A stretch of 64,000 nucleotides of DNA from the human T2T-CHM13v2.0 reference genome, Homo sapiens (GCF_009914755.1 NC_060940.1); one strand, 5' to 3'. Positions 38,600 to 53,623 are shown, counted from the stretch's first letter. The notes: generated from the letters alone by a model not told the origin. A program made the numbers and translations.

Positions 38600-39250
38600 T
38601 TGAGTATGAAACTTCAGATTAAAAGAACTAACCATTAGACAAGAAAGCAAACCTTTTTAAAAAAGGCAAATAATTAACTCTATGGAAAACTAAAAGATGT
38701 AAAAGAAAGTAAACCATTCCCAGTATACCATATGACTCAGCTGTGAGCAATAGTTTCAAAGTCATATGAAAATTTAATGTTATTATAACCAAATCTATTT
38801 TGAGAAGATGATGGGGAGGGAAAGGATGTGGAGATGGAAGGGGAAAGGATCATTTGTAAGAAGTCTGAGCCATTAACTTTCTTTTTTTATTTGAGACAAG
38901 GTCTCACTCTGTTGTCCAGGCAGGAGTGCAGTGGCACAATCTCGGCTCACTGCAGCCTCCGCCTCCTGGGTTCCAGTGATTCTCCTTCATCGGCCTCCTG
39001 AGTAGCTGGGATTACAGGCACACGCCACCACACTTAGCTAATTTTTGTATTTTTTCAGTAGAGACGGGGTTTCTGCCAAGTTGGCCAGGCTGGTCTTGAA
39101 CTCCTGACCTCAAGTAATCCACCTGCCTCAGTGTCGTGTCCCAAAGTGCTGGGATTACAGGCATGAGCCACTGTGCCTGGCCTAAAGCATTAACTTTCAT
39201 AGCCCCAGGTCAACACAGATACCTAAAACTGAATAAAGCACAAAAATAAA
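38600..39250 (+). mobile_element. L1MC-like 3' region; resumes at ~44080-44245 after nested insertions
   Basis: tatgactcagctgtgagcaatag...ggggaggg upstream and gagttgaaagtggttgct...gactgctgtt downstream. Confidence 0.5.
38882..39182 (-). mobile_element. AluS (Sz-like), antisense
   Basis: Reverse Alu; TSD cattaactttc on both sides. Confidence 0.95.
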
Positions 39251-42200
39251 GACTCCCAGTTCTAATGGGAACCAGATTTATGTTCCACCAGAGACAATAA
39301 AACTGGACAAAATAGATGAAGCAATGGTTTAGATGCTGTATATGAGATGACGAAGGACACTGATCACCGAGAGATGGGAATCAAATGTGCTCAGCCCTAT
39401 GATTGCTCTGCTTAGTGTCTTGAGAGAGTTTCCAGGCTGTGGCACAGGGAGAGGGAACCCAGGCAGAGCCTGGCAAATTGCCCAAGCTGGGGAGATGGCA
39501 GGAAGAGTCCAGGGAGACCACGTAGGAACAGTGTCAGAGAGTAGAGAGAGCTGCACTTAGATCTGCAGAAGGTTCCCTTAATTATTCAGCAGGGTCCCAA
39601 CCAGCAGAGGCATGTGAAGAAACTTCCCGAGGTGGGGAAGGAACCACCCAAAAGGATTAAAGGTAATAGTATCTGGAGCTCACACAGGGTCCAGAATGAT
39701 TGCTGTTCCCACCAGGCAGAGTGGAAAACGCTGAGAATTCATGGAGCATTGAGTGAAATATTCAGAAGGGTCTTGCCTTTATGTCAGGGAATAATTAGCC
39801 CTGGACGAAATGCAGCAGTCGTCCAGCCAGAGAAAAAGAAGTTCATTTCAGAATGATAACAAGGTCAGTTTATCAAGATAATATAGTAATCCTAAACATT
39901 TATGCACTTAACAACAGAGCTTCAAAATATATGAAGCAAAAACTGATTGAACTGCAAGGAGAAATAGACAAATCCACAATTATAGTTAGAAATATCAATT
40001 CCTCTCTCAATAATTGATAGAAGAAGTGGACAGGATATCAGTAAGGCTATATAAGATCTCTACAGCCATATCAATCAACTTGACATGATGGACATTTATA
40101 GAACACTCCACCCAACAACAGCAGAACACACATTTTTCACAAGTGCACACAGAGCATTTACCAAGATAGATCATCTTCTGGCCATCAAACAAGTCCCAGT
40201 ACATTTAAAAAGAATCAAAGTATGTTTTCTGATCCCATGGAATTGCATTAAAACTCAATAGCAGAAAAATATCTGGAAACCCCCCAAATATTTGAAACCT
40301 AAACTAAATAATACACTGCTCAATAAAGCATGTATCAAAGGAAAATTAGAAAAATTTCTTGAAATGAATGTAAATGAAAAGACCAAATATAAAAATGTGT
40401 GTGATACAGCTAAAATAGTATACAGGGAAATTTCTAGTATGAAAGAATCAATGGTCTCAAATCGATGCCTCAGCTTCCATCTTCAGAATCTAGAAAAAAA
40501 ATTAAAAGAACAGATTAAACTCAAAGTTAGCAGAAAAAAACAGAACAATAAAGATCAAAGTGAAAATGAATAAAATACAAAGTAGAAAAACAATAGAGAA
40601 AAAGTTGATACTTTGAGATCAATAAAATTAATAAACCTTTAACCAGGCTAATCAGAAAAAAAAGATATAAATTACCAATATCAGAATTGAGAGAAGTGCA
40701 ATCACTGTATATAATCCTATATTAAAATACTAATAGGGAAATATTATGAACAACTTTAGGCCACCAAATTTAATAATGTTCACGAGATAGACAAATCCCT
40801 TGAAAAACACAAACTATCAAAGCTCACTTGAAAGGAAGTGGATATTCTGAATAGCATCATTATTAAGTAAATAGATTCTGTAGTTAAGAAATCCTCTCAT
40901 AAAGAAAACTTCTGGCCAAAAAATATTCACTGATGAATTCTGCCAAATATTTGATAAAGAAACAATACAGCTTCTTCAAAAACTTTTCCAGAAAATTGAA
41001 GAGGAGGGAATTTTCTCCAGCTCTTGTCGGCCAGCATTATGCTGATACTAAAACCAGACCGAGACATTACTTGAAAAGAAAGCTATAGACCATTATTGCT
41101 CATGAATATAGAGGCAAAACATCTTAACAAAGCTTTAGCAATTCGAATCCAGCAATGCATAAAAAGAATAGTACACAATGACTAAGTGGGGCTTATCCCA
41201 GGAATTCAAGGTTAGTTTAACATTTGAGAATCAGTTAATATAATTCGTTATATTAACCAAGAAGATGAGTATTCAAATGGATACATGCAAAACATTTTAA
41301 AAAACTTAAACATTGATTTCTGATTAAAAAAACTTGCAGTATATTATGAGCAAATTTCTTCACAATGGCCTATATGAAAACCTACAGCTAGCATCATACT
41401 TTAAAATGACATACTGATTGCTGATCCTTAAGATGAAGAACAAGGGATGTCAATTCTCCCCATTTCTATTTGATATTGTTCTAGAGGGTCTAGCCAGTGT
41501 GATAAGGCAAGTAAAGCAACTAAAAAGCATCCAGATTGGAAAGGAAGAAACAAAACAATATTTATTCACAGATGACATGATTGTATAGAAAATTGATGAC
41601 CTCTATAAAATCACTACCACAATTAATAAATGAGTGTAATAAGGTTGTAGCATTCAAGATCAATATACCAAAATCAATTGTATTTTATACACTATCAATG
41701 AGTAATTGAAAATTGAAATAAGATATGCCATGCACCAGAAAATATAAAATACTTAGGAATAAGTCTGACAAAAGATGTGCAAGATCTGTGCCCATCACAA
41801 AATATCAATCAAAGGTGTTAAATAACACCTAAATAAATGTAGAAATATATCATAGTCATAAATCAATATTGTTAAAATGTCATTTCTCCCAAATTGATCT
41901 ATCAATTCATTGCAAACTCTAATCAAAAAGCAGGTTTCTTTGTAGAAATTGACAAGCCGATATTAAAATTCATATAGAAATACAAGGGAGCTGCAATAGG
42001 CAAAAACTCTTTTGAAAATGAAGATCAAAGTTGGAAGACTAAATTAGCTTATACTGATGAATGAATACAGTATTCAATATAGTAATCAATACAGTGTGGT
42101 ATTGATATGGAGACAGACAAATAGATCAATGAAACAGAAGAGAGAGTTGATAAATAGACCCATATATACATGGACAACCAATTTTCAACAAAGATGCAAA

Positions 42201-44078
42201 GAGAATTCAATGAAGAAAGGACTTTTTTTGGATAAATGATGACAGCATAATTAGATATCCATATGCAAACAAATAACCTTTGATCTTGTTACCTCTCCCC
42301 ATATATAACAATTAATCATAGACCTCAAAATGGATCATAGACCTAAAACACAACACCTAAAACTAAAATTCTAAGAGAAAATAAAGGCGAAAAAAATTGT
42401 ATGACCTTGGGCTAGCCATAGTTAGAAACACCAAAAGCATACTTCATAAAAGATAAAATTGATAAATTGAACATCATCAAAATTAAGGACTTCTCTTTAA
42501 AAGACAACCTTTTAGAGAATGAAAATACAAGACATAAACTGTGAGAAAATATTTGCAAATAACATATATGATAAAGCATCTGTATATAGAATATATGAAG
42601 AACTCTGAAAACTTAAGAAAACAAACAACCCAATTAAAAAATGGGTCAAGGATTTGAACAGACACTTCCGCATAGAAGATATACAGGTTGCAAATAAACA
42701 CACGAAAACATGCTCAACATCATTAGTCATTAGGTAAATGCAAATTAAGACCACAGCAAGACACCACTATACATTTAAGTAGAAGGGCTAAAAGTAAAAA
42801 GATTGACCACACCAAATGTTGGCGGAGGTGTGGAACAGCTTGAACTCTAATACAGCGCTGGTTGGAAAGTAAAATGGTATTACCACTTGGAAAACCATTT
42901 GGTAGTTTCTTTAAAAAGTTATACATACATCTGTCATATGATTGAATTGCTCTAATTCTGTGTATTTACCCAAGAAGAACGAAAGCATCTGTCTATACCA
43001 AGATTGTACATGAATGTTCAGTGACTTTATTTCTAGTAGCTGAAAACTGGAAAGAGTTTAAATGTCCATTGAGTTAATAGATACACAAATGGTGGTATAT
43101 CCCTAGAATGGTATATCCCTCAGCAATAAAACCAACTGAGCTTGTTAATGTAATAAAACAAACAAGTCTCTAATTATGCTAAGTGGAAGGAGCCAAAAAA
43201 GGAGAGTACATGTTGTGTGATTGTATTTGTATAAAATTTTAGAAAATGCAAACAACTTGACAGTGATGGAAAGAAGGTCATTGGTTTCTTGAGGGATAGA
43301 TGGGAGTCACAAAAGGAACAGGAGGGAGGGATTATGAAGGAGCTGGCTATGTTCATCATCTTGACTGTAGTGATGTGATTTCATGGGGACATGTATATAT
43401 TAAAATGTATTAAATTACAGCAGGTCCTCAAATAACGTTTCCATTAAGGTCATTTTATTAGAATGTTGTTGAGAAAAAGACATCAATCCCTGCTGAGGCC
43501 CCTGTCTGTGTGGAATCTGCATATTCTCCCCATGTCCATGTGAATTTTCTCTGGGTCCTCAGCTTTCCTCTGACATCCTAAAGCTGGGCATGTGAGGTTC
43601 ATCGGTGTGTCTACATGGTCCCAGGATGATTGAGTGAGGGGGGTGAGTTCGTCCTGCGATGGGATGGAGTCCTGTCGAGGGTGGGTTCCCACCTGCTGTG
43701 GGGATGGGCTCTGACCGGGATGGGCTTTGGCCACCTTCTACTCTGAACTAAAATAATTGGGGTAAAAAATTACCTTATTTGTTTTTATTAATCTTTCTCA
43801 AACCTATGTATAGCTCCCATTTATTTCATTGTTTAATATTAGAGGTGTTTGGGGTCTTCATTTAGAAGTCCAATGATGTTTTTATAACCAGAAATATGCC
43901 TAGAAACTTCACTCTTGTTAGTATCAACTGGCCTATGGTCAAATTGCCCTCATTACATCGTTTCACCTAAAATCACAGTTTCCAAGAACCTACAGACATT
44001 GTTAAGTGATGACCTACTTATATACTTTAACATGTACGGTTTATTTTATATCAATTTTACCTCGATAAAACTGTTTAA
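39251..44078 (+). mobile_element. Old L1 (L1MD-like): 5' region, degraded ORF2 and 3' UTR
   Basis: ORF2 EN region from ~39830 (atttatgcacttaacaacagagcttcaaaata), RT region (ttattcacagatgacatgattgt ~41562), and a 3' UTR interrupted by MER6A. Confidence 0.85.
43418..44019. mobile_element. MER6A-like Tigger-family DNA transposon
   Basis: ~600 bp, starting TA|cagcaggtcctcaaataacg and ending gttaagtgatgacctact. The internal ctgtctgtgtgga...ttctccccatgtc segment is characteristic. Confidence 0.8.
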
Positions 44079-44246
44079 ACATAGCTGGATATTATATAAA
44101 AATGTGGTAAATAGTAGAAGAAAGAGCTTTAAGAGTTGAAAGTGGTTGCTGTTAGGGAGTGGGAATGCCAGGTGAGGACCGGTGAGAAGACTGCTGTTCT
44201 CCGTGAAGTCTTGTAAACTAATCTGACTTTTAAAACCACCTGCATG

Positions 44247-44562
<316 letters not shown>

Positions 44563-46799
44563 AACCCACTTCATTTATTACTTTTTTAAAATTAAAAACA
44601 TAAAGTCAACCCCCCCTGCCCCCCCCCCCCCACACAGATACCTTCCTTTCTGAAGTAGGCCAGCCCAAACAAGAAGTTAAACTTAAGGTATTTCTCTTCT
44701 GGGCTTTTTACAGTTGTGTATGTGTGTGTTTGTCTCTGAATGGAACATTATACATCCAGGTGCTGTCTACCAGTCTCTGGTCAGGAAACCAGGGCTAAGG
44801 GTCAGAGATTTGGTGTTGGATGGTGAACAGCAACCTGGAAGGATCTTTCTGGAGCCCTGCAGAGCTCTGCATTACAGGCTGAGCAAGGAAAGCTTAGAGA
44901 GGGCAAAGCATAAATGATGGGGTCCCAGGCAGCAGCAGAGCAAGAGCAGAGATTGCAGGATCACAGGAAGCCAGTGGAGTGAAGACAGAGGGATGCCAGG
45001 AAGCGTGTTGTGTGGCTGGGCCTGTGCACTCTGGCCCTGGCCCACGGGAGCTCCTTCTGTCTTTTCTAGAGGTGCTTGTGTCTGTCTGCAGGTCAATGCT
45101 GGGGCCCCAGGAGCTTAGCAGAAAGGCAGTAGGTCACAAGGATTACACACATTGGCTTAGGGTCCCAAGCTGCCTGGCCTTAAATCCCAGCTTTGTTCCT
45201 CCCAGGTCCTGGGATGGACTCTCTGTGGTTTAGTCTCTCCCTCCACAAAATGGGGCTACTAACAGTACAGGGTTCACAGGGGTGCTTCTGAGAATATGAT
45301 GAACTAATATACATGGAGCCCCCTGAATAATTGCCTGGTCAGAGCTAGGACCCAAGAAACATCTACTGTCATTGAACGATTTCTGAGATGTACATGGGAA
45401 CAGCAGGCCTGAGTTCAAATCCCAGCTCAGCCTCTTTGTATCTGGCAAGCTTGGGCAAGTTGCTGTCTCTCCTTGAGCTGCCCTATAGGATGGCTGGAGG
45501 AGTTCAACAGGCTAAAGTGCTTTGAATAGGGCCTGGCACAGAGGAAACCCCCCACAATGAGAACTACAGTGATTTTCTCATCATCGGCCTCTTGGCTGGG
45601 ATTAGACCCCTCATCTCCTCCCTGTCCTGATTTCTCTAGATATAACTTTAAAATCGAACTATAACTTTAACTAGAGCTAAATTCACCCCAAGTCTACTGC
45701 CTATTTGTACATACCCACTCTTATTTCAGTGCTGAAATTTATGAAGATCTCTGAATTCAGGTCTCAAGAAGCAAAGCATGGTAGAAAGACCTTGGACTTA
45801 AGATTGAAAGAGACTGTGTGACTTTTGGCAAGTTACTGAAATTCTCTGAGCCTCAATTTCTTCATCGTACAGTATGCATGATGATGCCACTGAAATTACC
45901 AGGTTGTTTTGGTACTTAAGTGTGATAATGTGTTAGAAATATTCAGCAAACAGTAGGTACTCAATAAACACTGGTTTCTCCCCTGCCATCTCCTATTCTC
46001 CACCCCTCCTGAAGGGCAGGGACCAAATCTGATTCTATAGCACAGAGCCTGGTCTGTAATAGGTGCCCAGGAAATGTTTTCCAGGTGAGTTTTTCACCGA
46101 GCAAACATAGTGATGCCTAGGAGAGAGGCCACCCAGATTTCTCCCCCTAGCAGGCCTGCCCGCCTGGCTGACATATCTATTATAGATGCCTCACATCCCA
46201 ATAAATATTTCAATGCAAATAAATAAAGGATGCCATGAGCCTCTCAGTGAGTGACTCTTCACAGCTCACTACACACAACATCTATCCCTGATTCCTGCAC
46301 AAAGTCTGGTGTCCCCTGGGATGCCTCACTGGCTCTAGCGGGACACAATGTATGCCAATGTGGGGCTCGAAAAAAACCACTCAGCTGACTCCTTGAAAAC
46401 AGGAGAAACTTCTCACTTTGGGGTGGCCTTGGGGACATTGGGAAGCTCGAGCTTATGTTTCATGGGGCCTATACTCAAGTGACAGCCACCCACCTCATCA
46501 TACCAATGACCCCCAAGGAATGACAGAGATACGTTCTCCACAATTCAGTGGCATCTGAAGGTATCTTCAAAGGAATTGATTAGAAGGTGAATCCAGGGGT
46601 CATCTTCTAGACTAATCTAACTCCATCTCATCATTCCCCTCCAAAGTAGAAAGGTGTGAGATTGGTGGCCATTTGACTCATTCATTCAGTCATTAATTCA
46701 TTCACATATTCACATATTCAACAAAGGGTTGCTTCCATGTGCCTTCGATGTGCCAGGAGCTTGGAACATAATGGTCATAAGGCAGGCAAGTCCCCCTTT

Positions 46800-49690
46800 G
46801 TGTTAGGTAGAATTCTAAGACAGCCCCTGTATTAGTCCCTTTTCACGCTGCTGATAAAGACATACCCAACACTGGGAAGAAAAAGAAGTTTAATGGACTC
46901 ACAGTTCCACAGGGCTGGGGAGACCTCACGATCATGGCAGAAGGCAAGGAGGAGCAAGTCACAAGGATGGCAGCAGGCAAACAGAGAGAGCTTGTGCAGA
47001 GGAACTCCTCTTCATAAAACCTCATGAGACTTACTATCATGAGAACAGCATGAGAAAGACCTGTTCCCCTGATTCAATTACCTCTCACTGGGTCCCTCCC
47101 AAGTGGGAACTGTTTAGCTACAATTCAAGGTGAGATTTGGGTGGGGAAACAGCTAAACCATATCATTGCATCCCAGCCCCTTCCAAATATTATGTCCTCA
47201 TATTTCAAAACCAATCATGCCTTCCCAACAGTCCCCTGAAATCTTAACTCATTTCAGCATTAACTTGAAAGTCCACAGTCCAAAGTCTCATCTGAGACAA
47301 GGAAAGTACCTTCCACCTATGAGCCTGTAAAATCAAAAGCAAGTTAGTTACTTCCTAGATACAATGGGGCACAAGCATTGGGTAAATACAGCCATTCCAA
47401 ATGGGAGAAATTAGCCAAAACAAAGGGCTGCAGGCCCCATGCAAATCCAAAATCCAGTAGGGCAGTCAAATCTTAAAGCTCCAGAATTATCTCCTTTGCT
47501 CCATGTCTCACACCCAGGTCATGCTGATGCAAAAGGTGGGCTCCTATGGCCTTGGGAAGCTCTGCCCCTGTGGCTTTGCAGGTTACAGCCCCCATTCTGG
47601 CTGCTTTCATGGGTTGGCATTGAGTGTCTGTAGTTTTTCCAGGTGCACGGTGCAAGCTGTCAGTGGATCTACCATTCTTGGGTCTGGAGGACAGTGGCCC
47701 TCTTCTCACAGCTCCACTAGGCAATGCCCCAGTCAGGACTCTGTGTAGGGGCTCTGACCCCACATTTCCCTTTTGCACTGCCTTGGCAGAGGTTCTCCAT
47801 GAAGGCCCCACCCCTACAGCAAACTTCTGCCTGGACAACCAGGCATTTCCATACATCCTCTGAAATCTAGGCAAAGGTTCCCAAACCTCAATTCTTGACT
47901 TCCGTGTAGCTGCAGGCTCAATGCCTCATGGAAACTGCCAAGGCTTGGGACTTGCACCCCCTGAAGCCACGGCTCATGCTGTACGTTGGCCCCTTTCAGT
48001 CATGGCTGGAGCATCTGTGACTCAGGGCACCAAGTTCCTAGGCTGCACACAGTACAAGGACACTGGGCCTGGCCCGCAAAACCATATTTTCCTCCTAGGC
48101 CTCCGGGCCTGTGATGGGAGGAGCTGCCATGAAGACCTGTGACGTGCCCTGGAGACATTTTCCCCAGTGTCTTGGGGATCAACATTCGGCTCCCCATTAC
48201 TTATGCAAATTTCTGCAGCCAGCTTGAATTTGTCCCCAGGAAATGGGATTTTCTTTGCATTGTCAGGTTGCAAATTTTCTGAACTTTTATGCTTTACTTC
48301 CCACATAAAACTGAATGCCTTTAACAGCACTCAAGTCACCTCTTGAATGCTTTGCTGCTTAGAAATTTCTTCTGCTAGATACCCTAAATCATCTCTCTCC
48401 AGTTCAAATTTCCACAAATCTCTAGGGCAGGGACAAAATGCCACCAGTCTTTTTTCTAAAACATAACAAGAGTCACCTTTGCTCCGGTTCCCAGCAAGTT
48501 CCTTATCTCCATCTGAGATGACCTCAGTCTGGATTTTATTGTCCATATCACGATTGACATTTTGGACAAAGACATTTAACAAGTCTCTGGGAAGTTCCAA
48601 ATGTTCCCATATTTTCCCGTATTCTTCTGGCCCTCCAAACTGTTCTAACACCTGCCTGTTACCCAGTTCCAAAGTCGCTTCCACATTTTCAGGTATTTTT
48701 TCAGCAGTGCCCTATACTACTGGTACCAATTCACTGTATTAGCTTGTTTTCATGCTGCTGATGAAGACATACCTGAGACTGGGCAAAAGAAAAGAGGTTT
48801 AATGGACTCACAGTTCCACATGGCTGGGGAGGCCTCACAATCATGGCAGAAGGCAAGGAGGAGCAAGTCACATGGATGGCGGCAGGCAAAGAGAAAGAGC
48901 TTATGCAGGGGAACTCCTCTTTATAAAACCATCAGATCTCACGAGACTTACTCACTATTATGAGAAAAGCATGGGAAAGACCCACCATCATGATTCAATT
49001 ACTTCCCACTGGGTCCCTTTCATGATATGTGGGAATTGTGGGAGCTACAATTCAAGATGAGATTTGGGTGGGGACACAGCCAAACCATATCAGCCCCCAA
49101 AGTTTCCACCCCTAAGAGTACAAGTCCTGTATAATCCTCTCCTCTTAAGTACAGGTGGGACTATGATGGGATTTCTGTCTATAAACAGAGACGAAGAGGT
49201 TTTTTGGATGTAACTAAGTCTCAAAGCAGTTGATTTTGAGTTAATCAAAGGGAGATTATCCTGAGTGGGCCTGGCCTAATCAGGTAACATGTATTTAAAA
49301 GAGAGTCTGGGCCCTTCTTAAAGAAAGAGAATTTCTCCTGCTGGCTTTGAAGAAGTCACCTGCCACATGTGAGAGTCTGCAAAAGGCCACATGGAAAGGA
49401 CCACAGGTAGCCTCTCAAAACAGACTGAGAGCATTGCCCCCACTGCTGATAGCCAGCAAGAAAGCAAGAACTTCAGGCCCACAGCTACAGGAAACTGAAT
49501 TCCGCCAACAACCTAAGCACTGTGGAGCCCAACTGATGCCTTGACTGCAGCCTCATGAGACCCTGAGCCCAGGACCCTGTTTGGCCATGTCCAGCCTCCT
49601 GACCCAGGGACACAGAGAGGTAATAAGTGTGTATTGTTTCAAGACATCAGGTTTGTGGTCATTTTTAAAGTAGCAGTAGAAAATGAACAT
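46800..49690 (+). mobile_element. MLT1E-like LTR split by THE1 (46800-46827 and 49093-49690)
   Basis: The start tgtgttaggtagaattctaaga continues after THE1 with ttgagttaatcaaagggagattatcctg...gcagtagaaaatgaacata. Confidence 0.75.
46828..49092 (-). mobile_element. Full-length THE1 (THE1A-like) MaLR: LTR-internal-LTR
   Basis: LTRs at 46828-47165 and 48735-49092 (tgtattag...ccatatca) with 5-bp TSD gcccc. The internal ORF remnant MEATLELGN...LELPRDLLN is at 48331-48684. Confidence 0.95.
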
Positions 49691-49900
49691 ACCACTTTTA
49701 GGGGTCTCCGAGTTGATGGGGGACACAGACAGCTCCAGCCTGGTGAGACCGGGACAGCCACTGGAGTAAATCCAGGAGGCTGTGGCACTTCTAAGTGAGA
49801 CCTGGGGCAGGAGCAGGATTCAGTGGGGGGGGGGGGTGTAGGAAGGCTCCAGGGGAAGGAGGAGAGAGAGGAAGAGGAGGAGGAGAAAGAGAAGGAGGAG

Positions 49901-49949
49901 GAAGCATATCCCAGGAGGATGCAGAAGCATATCCCAGGAGGATGCAGAA
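49901..49949. repeat. Perfect 23-bp tandem duplication
   Basis: gaagcatatcccaggaggatgca x2. Confidence 0.95.
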
Positions 49950-49957
49950 CCATGTCC

Positions 49958-50266
49958 AACCAGGTGCTCACTCCTGTAATCCCAGTGCTTTGGGAGGCCC
50001 AGATGAGGGGATTACTTGAGGTCAGAAATTTCAGACCAGCCTGGGCAACATAGCAAGACCCTGTGGTTATAAAAGATAAGAAAGTTAGTCGGGCACGGTG
50101 GTATGCACCTGCAGTCCTGCTACTGAGGAGGCTGAGGCAGGAGGCTCACTTGAACCCAGCTTGAGGCTGCCGTGAGCTACGATCACATCACTGCACTGCA
50201 GCCTGGGTGATTGAGCAAGACCCTATCTCTAAAAAACAAAACAAAACAAAACAAAATGGAAAACAA
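49958..50266 (+). mobile_element. AluJ
   Basis: cctgggcaacatagcaagaccc and ttgaggctgccgtgagctacgatc; (AAAAC)n tail; TSD core catgtcc. Confidence 0.9.
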
Positions 50267-50649
50267 AAGCATGTCCAAAGTCCAAGAGTTAAGCAGTTCA
50301 GGCCCATGGGCAGCTAGACCAGCAATGGGGTGAGGAGGAGAGGCTGCAGAAGCCAGATCCTGAGGGTCTCTGGAGGCTGCTGAGCCTTGGGACTTCTTCC
50401 CGGGGGCCGTGGGGGTGGAGACGTGTTCAGAAGGAGCCCTAGGAAGATTGTTTGCTCTCAGGATGGAGGGCAGATTGAAGGGGGAAATACTAGAGGCTGT
50501 GAGACCAGGAGGGAGCTGCTGTAGGGCCCGAGAGAGGTGAGAGGACAAGGGCCAGGAGGGTGGCGGTGGGAAGGTGAGATGTGGATGCTTGTGGAAAGTA
50601 TTAAGCTGGGAGAATGCATAGCACTGCATAATGGTGCGGGCAGTGGTAA

Positions 50650-51373
<724 letters not shown>

Positions 51374-51543
51374 GGAAGCAAAGAGCAGGGCAGCAAGGTG
51401 AGGTTCAGTTTCCATTTGGGCATTGGGGCAGAGGATGGTGCTACTTGCTGAGATGGAAAGGCTGATGAAGGGACAGGGTTAGAGGGCAGGAGGAGGCAAT
51501 GTTAGCAACAATAGGAAATATCCATATAACAACGACTGTGAGC

Positions 51544-51839
<296 letters not shown>

Positions 51840-53518
51840 AACAATGACTGTGAGGCAGGACTGTTCCAAGGTGCTTTAGCTGTATGAACACTTTAAATCC
51901 TCCCTGCAACCCAGTGAGATAGGGAGAGTACTATCATTGCTCCCATTTTATAGATAGGGAAGATAAGTAGTTAAGACCACACAGATGGCAAGAATAAGGG
52001 CCAGGATTTGAACACGGGTGATCTGGCATCAGAGTGTGGGCTCTGAAGTACCTTGCCATGTGAGATTCTGAGTTTGAACTGTTTGTAGGACGCCTGAGTT
52101 GTACTATCAAGTAGACAACAGAACAGACAGTCTGTCAACACTGACAGTGAGTCAATATCTCAGCTGATATCTGAAGGCTTGGGCATGACAAGGGGTCCAT
52201 GGAAGTTTATGAGGGTGTCCAGGAAGAGAGGATTAAATAAGAGGAGGAGAAGGGAGGGAAAGACAAGGGAGGGGAGAGGGCTAACCCCCACTGACTTTGA
52301 TACTTAAGGCGTGGGCTGAGAAAGAGGTGGCTTGGAGGATGTGGAGAGGGATGAATCAGAGAAGTCAGAAAACCACCCAGTGAGGAGTCTGGGAAGGGCA
52401 TGCCTCAGGGAGGACCTAGTGATTAACATGTCATATACTGTCAAGGGTACATATCAACAAAGACTGACAAACTCATTAGATTTAGGAACAAAGAGATCAC
52501 TGCTGAGTGACTGAGGAGATCAGCAGCTGTGAGGACTGAAGCCAGAACCCATGGCTTCCACAGTTGCCTGGTGGCAGATGAAATGCTTGCACCTGGGAGT
52601 CAGGAGCCCTGTGTTCAAGCCCAGTCTCTGCTCTTGACTTGCTGTGGTTCCTTGGGCAAATCACTGTCCCTCTCTTGCTGGGTCTCACTTTCCTCATCTA
52701 TAAAATGGGAACGTGATGTCCACTGAACTACTCACAGGGCCGTTGTGAAGGTCAGAGGCGATCAGATGTAGGTAAGGATGAAAGAGTCAAGCTCAAATGT
52801 AAGAGTTGGGGCCTCTGGGTCAGATATCTGGGTTTATATCCCAACTCAACTGCTTGCTGTGTGATCTTGGACAGGTCGTTTCACTTTTCCAAGCCTCAGT
52901 TTTCTTATCAATACAATGGGGATAAGAAGTGTTCCACTTCATGGAGTGTTGTGAATATCAAGTGAGATAATGACTACAAAGCACTTCAATAGCCTGGTAT
53001 CTTGGTGAGTGTTCAATTGTGTCAGCTCATGGTCATTAGGGCTATCTAGCTATACAGAAATGCCTATAGTGAGAGGTCCAGAGTCACCTGGGGCCCCTTC
53101 CTCATGTTGGCTTATAGCCCCCAGCTGCTCTGTTCCTGGACAAGAATGATTCATTGGTTGGTGTGGATCTGCCTGGCTCAGTCTTCCTGGCACCCAGTTC
53201 CTACCAGCCAGGTGACTGCTGCAGGCAGGGAATGCCCCAGGTCTCGGTTTCCCATCTGTACAATGAGCACGTTGCAGGTGGTACTCGTTACCATCTTGTG
53301 AGCCCCAAAGAAGCAGATGGGCTTGTAGAGCTCAGAGGCCTCCCCTAGGCCTGTTCTGGGTAGCCAGGAAGAAGAACACATTTCCTTTCACACCATGAGT
53401 GAAGCGAGGCTCTGAAAAGCAAGTCTCCCAGCAAGTTCGAGGGCAGCATTGGTGGGGAGCCCAGCTGCCAAGCGAGTGAGGGCAAGATTTCTATGCAGAT
53501 CCTCTCTAGAGCTTGCAT

Positions 53519-53623
53519 ATCCACCCACTCACATAACTGAGAACTGCTGTGAGCCAGATGCTGGGTCAGGCCCTGGAAGTGAGTCCTTTCTCACCCCCAA
53601 CCCCCATTCGTGCAATATAACTG
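53519..53623 (+). repeat. Local dispersed direct repeat B, copy 1 (partner 56096-56209)
   Basis: ccactca[c/t]ataactgagaactgct[g/a]tgagccagatgctgggtcag is shared with the partner. Confidence 0.85.

Noticed and set aside
47439-48742. Cluster of ORFs at 47.4-48.7 kb
   Set aside because: These are THE1 internal region remnants and are frameshifted.
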